Of a DNA stretch of 64,000 nt, positions 1 through 10,938 are shown one piece after another. The position numbers were made by a program, and so were the translations under genes. Positions within the stretch are counted from its first letter, which is position 1. Each line of letters starts with the position of its first letter. Origin of the DNA: Calditrichaceae bacterium (lineage in GTDB: Bacteria > Calditrichota > Calditrichia > Calditrichales > JBFXGD01); contig JBFXLE010000008.1 of assembly GCA_050173015.1 (NCBI GenBank), positions 96,584 through 160,583 on the forward strand. Reading direction: 5' to 3'. A model generated the notes under the pieces. The model was not told the origin of the DNA. It did not search any database and saw only the letters and a list, made by a program, of their open reading frames with translations.

Positions 1-891
1 GTGTATGTCCTTTTAAGTATTATAGAGGCGAGTCTGCTCATGGTGGCGGGCATGAACTGGTTTGATGCTCTTTGTCATACATTCGGAACAATGGCAACCG
101 GTGGATTCTCAACAAAAAACGCGAGCATCGGACATTACAACAGCGCGATGATAGATTATATTATCATTATATTTATGATTTTGGCCGGAACCAATTTTTC
201 CCTGCATTACAGAGCTCTAAAGAAAAAACCTTTTATCTACTGGAAGGATCCGGAGGCGATGTTTTTTATCGGAATAATCGTATTCGCGACGATCGCCATC
301 GGCCTGAATGTCTGGATTCACACCGGAAACAACCTTACTTTAACCGTCCGGCATTCACTTTTCCAGGTGGTATCAATTCTCACCACCACCGGTTACGGCA
401 CGGCAAATTATGAACTCTGGAGTTCCACTTCACAAATGATCCTGTTTGTGCTGATGTTTATGGGAGGATGCGCCGGTTCTACCGGAGGCGGGATGAAGAT
501 CATACGCTCACTGATTCTGATCAAATTTGGCTTAAATGAATTAAAAAGGCTTATTCATCCGCAGGCGATTCTGCCTGTCCGCATCGGGAATTCAGTCATT
601 CCGCGTGAAATTGTAACAAATATTGCCGGATTTTTTATGTTTTATATCGCCCTTTTTGTCTCGGGTGTGCTTTTTATGAGCGAACTTGGGCTGACACTGG
701 ATACGGCTATGGGAAGCGTCGCGGCGACTATCGGAAATATAGGTCCGGGTCTTGGAGATGTCGGTCCAAGTGATAATTACGCGTTTATTCCGGACATCGG
801 AAAATGGTTTCTATCTTTTCTTATGCTTGTCGGACGTCTTGAAATCTATACCGTCCTGATCATTTTTACGCCGGCTTTTTGGAAAAAATAA
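1..891 (+). CDS. trkH: TrkH family potassium uptake membrane protein (5' truncated by window edge)
   Basis: P-loop-type motifs ATGGFS, TTTGY, GGCAGSTGGGMK, GNIGPGLG and the C-terminal LMLVGRLEI; hydrophobic throughout. Confidence 0.93.
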   Translation: MYVLLSIIEASLLMVAGMNWFDALCHTFGTMATGGFSTKNASIGHYNSAMIDYIIIIFMILAGTNFSLHYRALKKKPFIYWKDPEAMFFIGIIVFATIAIGLNVWIHTGNNLTLTVRHSLFQVVSILTTTGYGTANYELWSSTSQMILFVLMFMGGCAGSTGGGMKIIRSLILIKFGLNELKRLIHPQAILPVRIGNSVIPREIVTNIAGFFMFYIALFVSGVLFMSELGLTLDTAMGSVAATIGNIGPGLGDVGPSDNYAFIPDIGKWFLSFLMLVGRLEIYTVLIIFTPAFWKK

Positions 892-920
892 AAATCAGAC
901 TTCCTGTTTTTCTATTAACA

Positions 921-956
921 AAAAAGCCGTCGCAGGTTTCCCGGCAACGGCTTTTT
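921..956. terminator. Bidirectional intrinsic terminator between convergent trkH and typA
   Basis: AAAAAGCCGT...ACGGCTTTTT inverted repeat with A/T tails on both sides. Confidence 0.8.
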
Positions 957-958
957 AA

Positions 959-2788
959 CTATTTACCTTTTGTTTTACCCAGCTTAACCGCCATGAATCT
1001 TTTCCGTTCATTTTCATCGAGAATAATTTTTCTCAACCGGATTGATTTCGGCGTGATTTCCACCAGCTCATCGTCGTCGACGAATTCAAGGTATTCCTCA
1101 AGACTTAATTTTGTCGGGGGAACGATCTTAATCGCCTTGTCACTGCCGGATGCTCTCATATTAGAAAGCTTTTTCGATTTTTGTAAATTAACCTGGATAT
1201 CGCCTTCCTTATTGTATTCACCCACAACCTGTCCGGCATAAACATTTTCCGTTGTCTCGACTATAAAACTGCCTCTGTCCTGTAGCGCGTCAACGGCATA
1301 AGGTATAACCGGACCTGTACCCATTGAAATCATTACCCCGTTGAGACGGTGTGGAATGGAACCTTTAAAAAATTCATATTGATAAAAACGGTGAGACATC
1401 ACCGATTCACCTGCTGTAGCGGTAAGAAGTTTATTTCTTAGTCCCATCAGACCACGTGACGGAATGTGAAAAACCAGATGTCTAAAGCTGCCTTTGTCTT
1501 CCATTTTTAAAAGCGTTGCCCTGCGCGGACTGACAATCTCGATCACTTTTCCTGCCCACGCTTCCGGTACATCAACAACCAGCTCCTCAACCGGCTCAGC
1601 CTTACGCCCGTCAATCTCCTTAAAGATCACTTTCGGCTGACCGACCGCGAACTCATATCCCTCACGGCGCATATTTTCAATAAGAATGGACAAATGCAAT
1701 ATTCCCCGACCCGAGATTTTATAGCTGTCCGGTGAACCGGTTTCTTCCACTTTTAACGCCACATCAGATTCCAACTCCCGGAACAAACGGTCTCTCAGAT
1801 GACGGCTTGTCACATACTTCCCATCTTTGCCATAAAACGGAGATGTATTAATCGTAAATGTCATGCTAATCGTCGGCTCGTCGATAGTGATGATGGGCAT
1901 TGGTTCCGGATTTTCGAAGTCGGCGATTGTATCACCAATATTAATATCTTCTATTCCGACGATGGCGCAGATGTCACCCGTTGGGACTTCATCCTGTTCC
2001 TCACGTTCAAGACCTTCAAATGTGAGCAATTGTTTTATATGAATATTTTTGATATCGCCATTTCGTTTGACCAGTTTATAAGATGTTGCGTTTGTGACCA
2101 CGCCTCGGTAAACCCGCCCTATTCCGATACGTCCTACATACGGAGAATAGTCGATGCTCGTTATCTGCATCTGGGTGGTTCCCTCTTCTGCTTTAGGTTG
2201 CGGAATACTTTCAATGACCGCTTTCATCAGAGGTTCAAGGTTTTTTCCCGGCTTTGCGGCTGATTTACTTGCCCAGCCGCTCTTGGCTGAAGCGTAGATT
2301 ACCGGAAATTCGAGCTGATGGTCATCTGCACCCAAATCGATGAATAAATCATAGATTTCATCCAGCACTTCCTTTGGACGGACATGCGGCCGATCCATTT
2401 TATTTATAACCACAACCGGTTTAAGATTCAAATCAAGCGCCTTTTGCAGCACAAATCTTGTCTGCGGCATGGTGCCCTCAAAGGCATCAACCAACAGCAG
2501 CACGCCATTTGCCATCTTTAAAACGCGCTCCACTTCACCGCCAAAATCGGCATGGCCCGGCGTATCAATTAGATTTATTTTATAATCCAGGTATCTAAAG
2601 GAAATATTTTTTGATAATATGGTAATTCCGCGCTCCCGTTCCAGATCGTTCGAATCCATAAATTGTTTTTGAACAACCTGATTATCCCGGAAAACATGGT
2701 TTTGTTTCAGTAACTCGTCCACAAGTGTTGTCTTACCGTGGTCAACATGCGCAATAATTGCAATATTGCGGATTTTCTCGATGTTCAT
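959..2788 (-). CDS. typA: Translational GTPase TypA/BipA
   Basis: [71 protein letters not shown]. Confidence 0.97.
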   Translation of the reverse strand: MNIEKIRNIAIIAHVDHGKTTLVDELLKQNHVFRDNQVVQKQFMDSNDLERERGITILSKNISFRYLDYKINLIDTPGHADFGGEVERVLKMANGVLLLVDAFEGTMPQTRFVLQKALDLNLKPVVVINKMDRPHVRPKEVLDEIYDLFIDLGADDHQLEFPVIYASAKSGWASKSAAKPGKNLEPLMKAVIESIPQPKAEEGTTQMQITSIDYSPYVGRIGIGRVYRGVVTNATSYKLVKRNGDIKNIHIKQLLTFEGLEREEQDEVPTGDICAIVGIEDINIGDTIADFENPEPMPIITIDEPTISMTFTINTSPFYGKDGKYVTSRHLRDRLFRELESDVALKVEETGSPDSYKISGRGILHLSILIENMRREGYEFAVGQPKVIFKEIDGRKAEPVEELVVDVPEAWAGKVIEIVSPRRATLLKMEDKGSFRHLVFHIPSRGLMGLRNKLLTATAGESVMSHRFYQYEFFKGSIPHRLNGVMISMGTGPVIPYAVDALQDRGSFIVETTENVYAGQVVGEYNKEGDIQVNLQKSKKLSNMRASGSDKAIKIVPPTKLSLEEYLEFVDDDELVEITPKSIRLRKIILDENERKRFMAVKLGKTKGK

Positions 2789-2828
2789 TAAGCTCCTTCA
2801 ATCATAAAAGTATATTACTAAAAAGATA

Positions 2829-2857
2829 ACCGAAAACCGGAAAATCCGGTTTCCGGT
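2829..2857 (-). terminator. Probable intrinsic terminator after ahcY
   Basis: Minus strand ACCGGAAACCGGA-TTT-TCCGGTTTTCGGT hairpin followed by TATCTTTT. Confidence 0.6.
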
Positions 2858-2871
2858 AATATGATGTAATC

Positions 2872-4131
<1,260 letters not shown>

Positions 4132-4176
4132 TTATTCTCTCCCTTTCTAATATGATGATTCTATTACTTTTATACT

Positions 4177-5373
4177 TTATTGTTTTTTAAATATCTGATA
4201 AAAAACGTCTATGTTTTCTGTACTATGCCATGAACGAAAAGCGGTCTCAGTTAATTTCGCCTTTCTAGCCCATTTTCTCAAAACCAGCGGATTAAATCCC
4301 AGCCAGAGATCACGCATTTTATCAGCCAGTTCCTTATTATTATGACGCATAAAATCTACAACCACCAGATAGCCGCCTTTTTGTAAAATTTCAGCGGAAA
4401 CAAATATCAAATCCGCCGGATCAGGCACATGATGCAGTGCAAGCGAAATAAAAACCTGATCACAACTTTTTGATTTTACCGGCAATTGGCTGATATTTGC
4501 CTTGAGGATGCTAAAATCTTTTAACGAAAGAGACTTTTTTATCGCGATTAACTGCCTGAGCATGATTTGGTTAATTTCTATACCGGTAACTTTCGCTCCC
4601 CGTAAAGCATTATGAATAGCCACAAATCCGGTACCGCTTCCAAGATCCAGGATATTTTTATTTTCCTGGCCATTGAGCAAGGAAAATATCTCATCGAGAC
4701 GGCTTTCATCAAAGTAATTGTTTCTGACATGATCCCATTCATTTCTTATCTGATCAAAATAAGCCTGACTTTTTCTGTGAATTTGATTTAAAAGGTCATC
4801 TGGCGGCTCAAATGAATTTATAAATCGGGCGATATCCTGAATTTCCAGATATCCCGCGTTCTCCCTGAACCATTGCGGAAGAAAATACAGGAGATAGGCT
4901 TTTGTAAAACCGGCCCGTGCCCTGCTTATTAATGATGTCGCGGCCTGCACACTCAGATTCATCTCCCGGCTCAAGGCATCATAGCTTAACCCGTCAATCT
5001 CCCTGAGTATAAATATATGTTTCTGTCTCTCTGGAAGAGATGACAAAGCAGACTGAAAAGGTTCATCAAATTTCGATTCATCCATCTCGGTTTGCAGCGC
5101 GTCTTCATTTATCATTTCAAACTGCCGGCGCTTTTTTTGAAGATAGAAATTCACAACCCGGTTTCTTGCCACTGTAATCAGCCAGTTTTTCAGTGAACGG
5201 TCGGGATCAAGATTTTTCAGATTCTTCAAAGCCTGCAGATAAACATCCTGGCATAAATCTTTCGCGATCTCGGAACTGTTCACGGCATTTTTAATATAGC
5301 CGTAAACTTCGCCTTCGTGTGAATACAGTTTTTGCCAGATTTGTTTTTCGTACTTTTTATCTTTTTCAGTCAT
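4177..5373 (-). CDS. ECF-type sigma-70 factor fused to a C-terminal SahR-like class I SAM-binding (methyltransferase-fold) domain
   Basis: Region 2: AKDLCQDVY, SLKNWLITVARNRVVN. Region 4: LSSLPERQKHIFILREIDGLSY...ISRAR. C-terminus: SQAYFD..W, ILDLGSGTG, ALHHVPDP, GGYLVVVDF.RH...MRDLWLGF. Confidence 0.85.
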   Translation of the reverse strand: MTEKDKKYEKQIWQKLYSHEGEVYGYIKNAVNSSEIAKDLCQDVYLQALKNLKNLDPDRSLKNWLITVARNRVVNFYLQKKRRQFEMINEDALQTEMDESKFDEPFQSALSSLPERQKHIFILREIDGLSYDALSREMNLSVQAATSLISRARAGFTKAYLLYFLPQWFRENAGYLEIQDIARFINSFEPPDDLLNQIHRKSQAYFDQIRNEWDHVRNNYFDESRLDEIFSLLNGQENKNILDLGSGTGFVAIHNALRGAKVTGIEINQIMLRQLIAIKKSLSLKDFSILKANISQLPVKSKSCDQVFISLALHHVPDPADLIFVSAEILQKGGYLVVVDFMRHNNKELADKMRDLWLGFNPLVLRKWARKAKLTETAFRSWHSTENIDVFYQIFKKQ

Positions 5374-5550
5374 ATATACAAATAAGCGTTAAAAATCTTT
5401 CGCTAAAATAACTAAAAATTGGGCTTTTTTTAAAATATTTTTAGAGAGGAGCAATAATTCAGAGAAAAAAAGTGCGTCCTTATCTGATTTCAGCGGTAAC
5501 AGGATGAAAAGAAAATACGAAATTATGGATTGAAAGCTGATTTATCTATT

Positions 5551-5624
5551 TTGAGAAATTTTTCACTTTATTTTTGCAATTATAAGAAATACCAAAATAT
5601 TGGATTATGCGAATTTTTTCACAA
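5551..5624. promoter_or_regulatory. Two Rex-like operator boxes upstream of the hydrogenase operon
   Basis: TTGAGAA-ATTT-TTCACTT (5551-5568) and ATGCGAA-TTTT-TTCACAA (5607-5624) compared with the Rex consensus TTGTGAA-N4-TTCACAA. Confidence 0.5.
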
Positions 5625-5653
5625 ATCTTTATTTATAAATGCTTTATCAATTA

Positions 5654-5669
5654 TGGCCTGGAAATTGCC
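5654..5669 (+). promoter_or_regulatory. Putative sigma-54 (-24/-12) promoter of the hydrogenase operon
   Basis: TGGCCTGGAAATTGCC: GG-N10-GC with TTGC at -12, about 160 bp upstream of hydC. Confidence 0.5.
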
Positions 5670-5826
5670 TTTTCATATTTCGAAGGGAAATAATATTCAC
5701 AGAGAATGATCATTGATCTTTTAAAACGGTTTCAAAATATTGATTCCGTTTTTATTTAATCATTCATGTGAATTATTTCTCTTAATTGATACCAAACCGA
5801 CTTCGATGTCAATTGAGGAGACTTGT

Positions 5827-6285
5827 ATGACAAATGTTGAAAGAATTGTAAATGATCATGTTTCCGTTTTGGGCAAAAAGAAAGAAAATCTGCTGCCCGT
5901 TCTGCAAAAAATAGTTAAAAGCGAACGCTATTTATCCGAAGAAGCGATGATCACCGTTTCTCGTGAAATGGGGCTATCCGCGGCTGAAATATACGGTGTC
6001 GCCTCCTTTTACTCCTTTTTGGATATTAAACCCCTCGGTAAAAATATTATCAGAATATGCAAAACCATTACCTGTGACATGAAAAACAAAGACGAAATTA
6101 TTAGCGCGCTGGAACAGCGGTTAAAAATAAAACTTGGTGAAACAACCAGAGACAACAAATTTAGCCTGCTTACCGCCAATTGCATGGGTTGGTGCCATAA
6201 AGGACCGGCTATGCTGATCAATGACCGGGTTTATACTGAACTGACTCCGGAAAAGGCACTCAAAGCGATTGAAGATTATCTATAG
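5827..6285 (+). CDS. hydC: [FeFe]-hydrogenase [2Fe-2S] subunit (NuoE-like, HydC/gamma)
   Basis: GVASFYSF, CKTITC...NCMGWCHKGPAM. Start moved to ATG 5827, downstream of a GAGGAG RBS. Confidence 0.88.
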   Translation: MTNVERIVNDHVSVLGKKKENLLPVLQKIVKSERYLSEEAMITVSREMGLSAAEIYGVASFYSFLDIKPLGKNIIRICKTITCDMKNKDEIISALEQRLKIKLGETTRDNKFSLLTANCMGWCHKGPAMLINDRVYTELTPEKALKAIEDYL

Positions 6286-6299
6286 AAAAGGAACAAATA

Positions 6300-7487
6300 A
6301 TGACTGCCAAAGAAGAAAAAGTAATAAAATTGAAAGAACATCAGAAACGAGTGGATCTGATTTTTGTTGATCGGGATATCTGGATGATAGTTGATAAAAT
6401 CTTGCTCATGACTCCTGAGGACATCATTCAAAATATCATCGATTCCGGATTGCGCGGACGCGGAGGCGCGGGTTTCCCAACCGGCCTTAAATGGAAATAT
6501 GCCGCCGAACAGGAAAACGACACAAAGTATATAATTTGTAATGCCGACGAAGGAGAACCCGGTACATTTAAAGATCGGGAAATTTTACAGCAGCAGGCTG
6601 AAAAAGTTTACGCGGGCATGATGATTGGCGCCAGAGCAATCGGCGCGAAAACCGGATTTGTATATCTGCGGGCCGAGTACAATTATCTTCTACCGGAGTT
6701 ACTGGAAAAAGCCGAGAATTTTAACCAGGGATTAAAAGAGCGCGGTTTCGATTTTACCATTGAATTCAGATCCGGAAGCGGCGCGTATGTATGTGGAGAA
6801 GAAACAGCGCTGATTGAATCCATGGAAGGAAATCGTGGCGAGCCGAGAAATAAACCTCCCTTCCCTACTTCGAACGGCTATCTGGGAAAGCCAACGGTTG
6901 TCAACAACGTTGAGACCCTTGTTTATGCCTTAATGATTATAAATCATGGACCTGAATTTTTTAAAAGCCTCGGCACCAAAGATTCCCGGGGTTCCAAACT
7001 GTTCTCTGTTTCCGGTGATGCCCACATCGAAGGGATTTACGAACTTGAACTGGGAATGACCATAGCGGAATTTGTAGAACTGTTTGGTGATAGTGATACA
7101 AAAGCCGTACAGGTAGGAGGATCATCCGGATTCTGTGTTCCGCGAAAAAAGTTCGGTGAAACGATCATCGGTTTTGAGGGCATTCCCACCGGCGGATCTA
7201 TGATGCTTTTTAACAGCACTCGTTCAATGTACAACGTGCTTCATAATTATCTTGATTTTTTTACGGAAGAATCCTGTGGGCAGTGCAGCCCGTGTCGTAT
7301 CGGATGTCAGCAACTGCTGCACGGTATTGAGGCAATAAAAAAAAGTGAGAAGCCCGCGGCCTATGTGGAAGAACTAAAAAAATTGGCTCAAACCATGAAG
7401 ATAGCGTCGAAATGCGGTTTGGGACAGTCCGTGGCAAATCCATTTATATCAATCGTCGATAACTTTAAAGAAGAAGTTATTTATTAA
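6300..7487 (+). CDS. hydB: [FeFe]-hydrogenase FMN/NADH-binding subunit (short NuoF-like HydB/beta)
   Basis: SGLRGRGGAGFPTGLKW, CNADEGEPGTFKDR, GAYVCGEETAL, ESCGQCSPCRIG...SKCGLGQ. No C-terminal ferredoxin domain. Confidence 0.9.
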   Translation: MTAKEEKVIKLKEHQKRVDLIFVDRDIWMIVDKILLMTPEDIIQNIIDSGLRGRGGAGFPTGLKWKYAAEQENDTKYIICNADEGEPGTFKDREILQQQAEKVYAGMMIGARAIGAKTGFVYLRAEYNYLLPELLEKAENFNQGLKERGFDFTIEFRSGSGAYVCGEETALIESMEGNRGEPRNKPPFPTSNGYLGKPTVVNNVETLVYALMIINHGPEFFKSLGTKDSRGSKLFSVSGDAHIEGIYELELGMTIAEFVELFGDSDTKAVQVGGSSGFCVPRKKFGETIIGFEGIPTGGSMMLFNSTRSMYNVLHNYLDFFTEESCGQCSPCRIGCQQLLHGIEAIKKSEKPAAYVEELKKLAQTMKIASKCGLGQSVANPFISIVDNFKEEVIY

Positions 7488-7500
7488 TTTGGAGATGAAT

Positions 7501-9282
7501 ATGACTGATATGGTAAGTCTGAAGATAGATAACATCGCTACACGCATCAACGCCGGATCCACTATTCTGGATGCAGCCAAAGAACTGGGAATAAAAATTC
7601 CGACACTTTGTCATCACCAGGATCTTTGCGTTGCCGGCAATTGTCGTGTCTGCCTGGTTGAGCAAAAAAACGCCAGGACACTGACCGCTTCATGCGCGAC
7701 ACCGGTTTTTGAGGGTATGGAAATTTTCACCAATACAAAAAAGGTAAGGTCCGCGAGAAAACACGTCATCGAACTGTTGCTCTCAGAGCACCGCAGCGAC
7801 TGTACAAAATGCTATAAAAACGGGAATTGTGAGCTCCAGACGCTGGCAAACGAATACAGAATAGAAGAAAAGGCCTATATCGATCTGGCGATCGGGCGGC
7901 ACATAGACACCTCTTCGCCCGCCATTCTGAAAGACGACAGTAAATGTATCCGCTGTCAGCGCTGCGTCCGCACCTGCGCGGAACTTCAAAAAGTCAACGC
8001 GCTGACGGTAGCGCACAAGGGCGATAATATGCGTATTGAAACCTTTATGGATAAACCGCTGCATTATGTAGTTTGCACAAACTGCGGCCAATGCGTCAAC
8101 CGCTGCCCCACCGGCGCCCTGGTAGAAAGAAATTATATTGAAGATGTCTGGGAAGCCATTGACAATCCCGCCAAACACGTGGTAGTGCAGACAGCGCCCG
8201 CGGTTCGCGTAGCATTGGGTGAGATGCTTGGATATGATCCCGGAAAAAGGGTGACAAAAAAGATGGTAACCGCTCTGAAACGGATAGGATTTGACACGGT
8301 TTTTGATACAGACTTTACCGCTGATCTCACAATTATAGAAGAGGGAACCGAATTACTGACCAGACTAAAAAAGGCGCTGGTGGATAAAGAAAAGGTTGCC
8401 TTACCAATGATGACCTCGTGCTCACCGGGCTGGATAAAATTTATTGAACATGAATATCCGCAGTTTCTGGACAACCTTTCAACCTGTAAATCCCCGCAGC
8501 AGATGTTTGGCGCCGTTGCCAAAACATATTATGCGCAAAAAGCCGGTATCAATCCGGAAGATATCATTGTAGTCTCCATCATGCCTTGTACCGCGAAAAA
8601 ATTTGAAGCGCAGCGACCGGAGATGAAATCGAGCGGATTTCGTGATGTTGATTATGTACTGACTACACGTGAGCTGGGCTTAATGATCCGGCAAACCGGA
8701 GTCGATCTCAGAAAAATTGAAGAATCCGAATATGATTCTCTCCTGGGCACTTCCACGGGCGCTGGTGTAATTTTTGGCGCGACGGGAGGCGTCATGGAAG
8801 CAGCACTCAGAACGGCCTATGAAATTGTCACCGGACGCGAAGTTCCGTTTAAAAATCTAAATATTGTCCCCGTCCGAGGCATGGAAGGAGTAAAATCTGC
8901 ATCCATAAAAATAGAAAACTGCAAGGATGAATGGAAATTTCTTGATGGTGTGACCTTAAATGTCGCCATCGCGCACGGCTTGAAGAATGCGGATAAAGTA
9001 ATGAGCAGCATGGAAAAAAACGGATCAGAATTCCATTTTGTTGAAGTTATGGCTTGTCCCGGTGGCTGTATCGGGGGCGGCGGTCAGCCAATTCCGACCA
9101 GTATGGAGATCCGTGAGAAACGAATGGCGGCGATTTATGAAGAAGATACAAATATGAATATCCGGAAGTCACATGAAAATCCGGAAGTAGATCGTATTTA
9201 CAAAGATTTTCTGGAGGAACCCCTGGGGCATTTATCCCACAAATTGTTACATACGAGCTATACGCCTCGTAACAAAAATTAA
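7501..9282 (+). CDS. hydA: [FeFe]-hydrogenase catalytic subunit (group A, multimeric type)
   Basis: H-cluster motifs TSCSPGW, SIMPCTAKKFE, EVMACPGGCIGGGGQP. N-terminal 2Fe-2S, His-ligated and 2x4Fe-4S motifs. C-terminal SHENP...SHKLLHT. Start moved to ATG 7501 after GGAG. Confidence 0.95.
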   Translation: MTDMVSLKIDNIATRINAGSTILDAAKELGIKIPTLCHHQDLCVAGNCRVCLVEQKNARTLTASCATPVFEGMEIFTNTKKVRSARKHVIELLLSEHRSDCTKCYKNGNCELQTLANEYRIEEKAYIDLAIGRHIDTSSPAILKDDSKCIRCQRCVRTCAELQKVNALTVAHKGDNMRIETFMDKPLHYVVCTNCGQCVNRCPTGALVERNYIEDVWEAIDNPAKHVVVQTAPAVRVALGEMLGYDPGKRVTKKMVTALKRIGFDTVFDTDFTADLTIIEEGTELLTRLKKALVDKEKVALPMMTSCSPGWIKFIEHEYPQFLDNLSTCKSPQQMFGAVAKTYYAQKAGINPEDIIVVSIMPCTAKKFEAQRPEMKSSGFRDVDYVLTTRELGLMIRQTGVDLRKIEESEYDSLLGTSTGAGVIFGATGGVMEAALRTAYEIVTGREVPFKNLNIVPVRGMEGVKSASIKIENCKDEWKFLDGVTLNVAIAHGLKNADKVMSSMEKNGSEFHFVEVMACPGGCIGGGGQPIPTSMEIREKRMAAIYEEDTNMNIRKSHENPEVDRIYKDFLEEPLGHLSHKLLHTSYTPRNKN

Positions 9283-9303
9283 GAGTTTTCCTTCCTGGTG
9301 GTT

Positions 9304-9336
9304 AGGGGATGGAGGATATTCTTTCATCCCCTTTTT
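9304..9336 (+). terminator. Intrinsic terminator after hydA
   Basis: AGGGGATGGAGGA-TAT-TCTTTCATCCCCT followed by a T run. Confidence 0.8.
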
Positions 9337-9403
9337 AATATTCGCAGGGATTGGAAATATGATGAAAAATATGGTTGTCATGAGAATCCTAAGGAGCAAT
9401 GTG

Positions 9404-10810
9404 ATGAGTTTTATAGACAACAAACGAATTTACGCTGAATTGGCAAATCCCGTGATTGCTTCACCGGAGCGCATTCGTGAAATTTTTGCAAAGGCCCGCG
9501 AAATGAAAGGACTTGAATATGATGAAGTCCTTGCTCTGCTACATCTTGACGACCCTCGGCTGATCAGTGAAATGTATGAAACATCACGATGGATAAAACA
9601 GGAAATCTATGGCAACAGACTCGTGCTCTTTGCTCCATTATATGTCTCCAATTTATGTCAGAATGAATGTCTTTACTGCGCCTTTAGAGCAAAAAATAAA
9701 AAACTGGTCAGAAAATCACTATCACAGGATGAAATCAGGGAAGAAGTTGAATTTCTTCTATCACAGGGCCATAAACGGGTTCTTCTGGTTTCCGGTGAAT
9801 CTTATACCGAACGCGGGCTGAATTATATATTTGATTCGATCAAAACGGTGTATTCCGTCAAAACCGGCAACGCGAATATTCGCAGAATTAATGTGAACAT
9901 CGCTCCCCTGTCCGTAGATGAATTTAAACGGCTATATCAGCAGCAAATAGGCACGTACCAGCTATTTCAGGAGACATACCACGAGGATACATACAAAAAA
10001 TTACATCTGAAGGGCCCGAAATCGGATTATGAATACCGTCTCAACACAATGGACAGGGCTTTTGAAGCCGGATTTGATGATGTAGGAATAGGCGTCTTAT
10101 TCGGGCTTGCTGACTGGAGATATGAAATACTCGCTCTTCTCAATCATATCAATCATCTGGAGCAAAAATTCGGAATCGGTCCGCACACCGTATCCGTTCC
10201 GCGGCTTGAACCCGCGCTCAATTCTGAGATCAGTTATGATCCGCCTTACGCGGTGAGCGACGAGGATTTTAAAAAAATTATCGCTGTTCTGCGAATTGCC
10301 GTACCGTACACCGGGATTATACTCAGCACCCGTGAGAGCGCTTCTATGCGCCGGGCCGCTTTTGATTTGGGCATATCGCAAATATCCGCGGGATCCAGGA
10401 CCAACCCCGGTGGTTATAAACATGATGATACGCATCCTACGGATATCCCCGAAGGTGAAAGGAGTCAGTTCTCTTTGGGTGACTCCAGACCGCTGCTGGA
10501 AGTGACAAAGGATATCGTCGCGCATGATCACATACCCTCATATTGCACAGCATGTTATCGTCTGGGACGCGTCGGTAAGGATTTTATGGATCTCGCCAAA
10601 CCGGGTTTAATAAAGCAAAATTGCCTTCCAAACGCGATGTTCACTTTTGCCGAGTATTTACATGATTTTGCTGACGCGGAGTTAAAAATCGACGGATTCA
10701 AAATGATTGAGAGAATGATTGGGGAAGAAATCAATAATGAAGGGTTGCAAAGAAGAGTTCGCAAAGATTTGATCGAAATAGAGAACGGCCATAGGGATTT
10801 ATATTTATAG
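9404..10810 (+). CDS. hydG: [FeFe]-hydrogenase H-cluster radical SAM maturase HydG
   Basis: FAPLYVSNLCQNECLYC, IRRINVNI, IGTYQLFQETY, GPHTVSVPR, auxiliary PSYCTACYR...C. Start moved after AAGGAG RBS. Confidence 0.95.
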   Translation: MSFIDNKRIYAELANPVIASPERIREIFAKAREMKGLEYDEVLALLHLDDPRLISEMYETSRWIKQEIYGNRLVLFAPLYVSNLCQNECLYCAFRAKNKKLVRKSLSQDEIREEVEFLLSQGHKRVLLVSGESYTERGLNYIFDSIKTVYSVKTGNANIRRINVNIAPLSVDEFKRLYQQQIGTYQLFQETYHEDTYKKLHLKGPKSDYEYRLNTMDRAFEAGFDDVGIGVLFGLADWRYEILALLNHINHLEQKFGIGPHTVSVPRLEPALNSEISYDPPYAVSDEDFKKIIAVLRIAVPYTGIILSTRESASMRRAAFDLGISQISAGSRTNPGGYKHDDTHPTDIPEGERSQFSLGDSRPLLEVTKDIVAHDHIPSYCTACYRLGRVGKDFMDLAKPGLIKQNCLPNAMFTFAEYLHDFADAELKIDGFKMIERMIGEEINNEGLQRRVRKDLIEIENGHRDLYL

Positions 10811-10938
10811 AGTAGTATTGAAAAGAATACGAGAAATAAATAAGATAAAAGATTAAATTAAAAATTTAATATGAGTACAGACTTTGAATCGGAAAACAAT
10901 TGATCCACAAAAATGAATGAATTAAGAAGGCTGACGAC

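Noticed and set aside
5827-7487. NuoE/NuoF of respiratory complex I
   Set aside because: They are followed by an H-cluster catalytic subunit and maturases, and no other nuo genes are present.
8410-8435. TSCSP instead of TSCCP in HydA as a sign of inactivity
   Set aside because: From recall this variant is common in multimeric group A enzymes, and the other two H-cluster motifs are intact.
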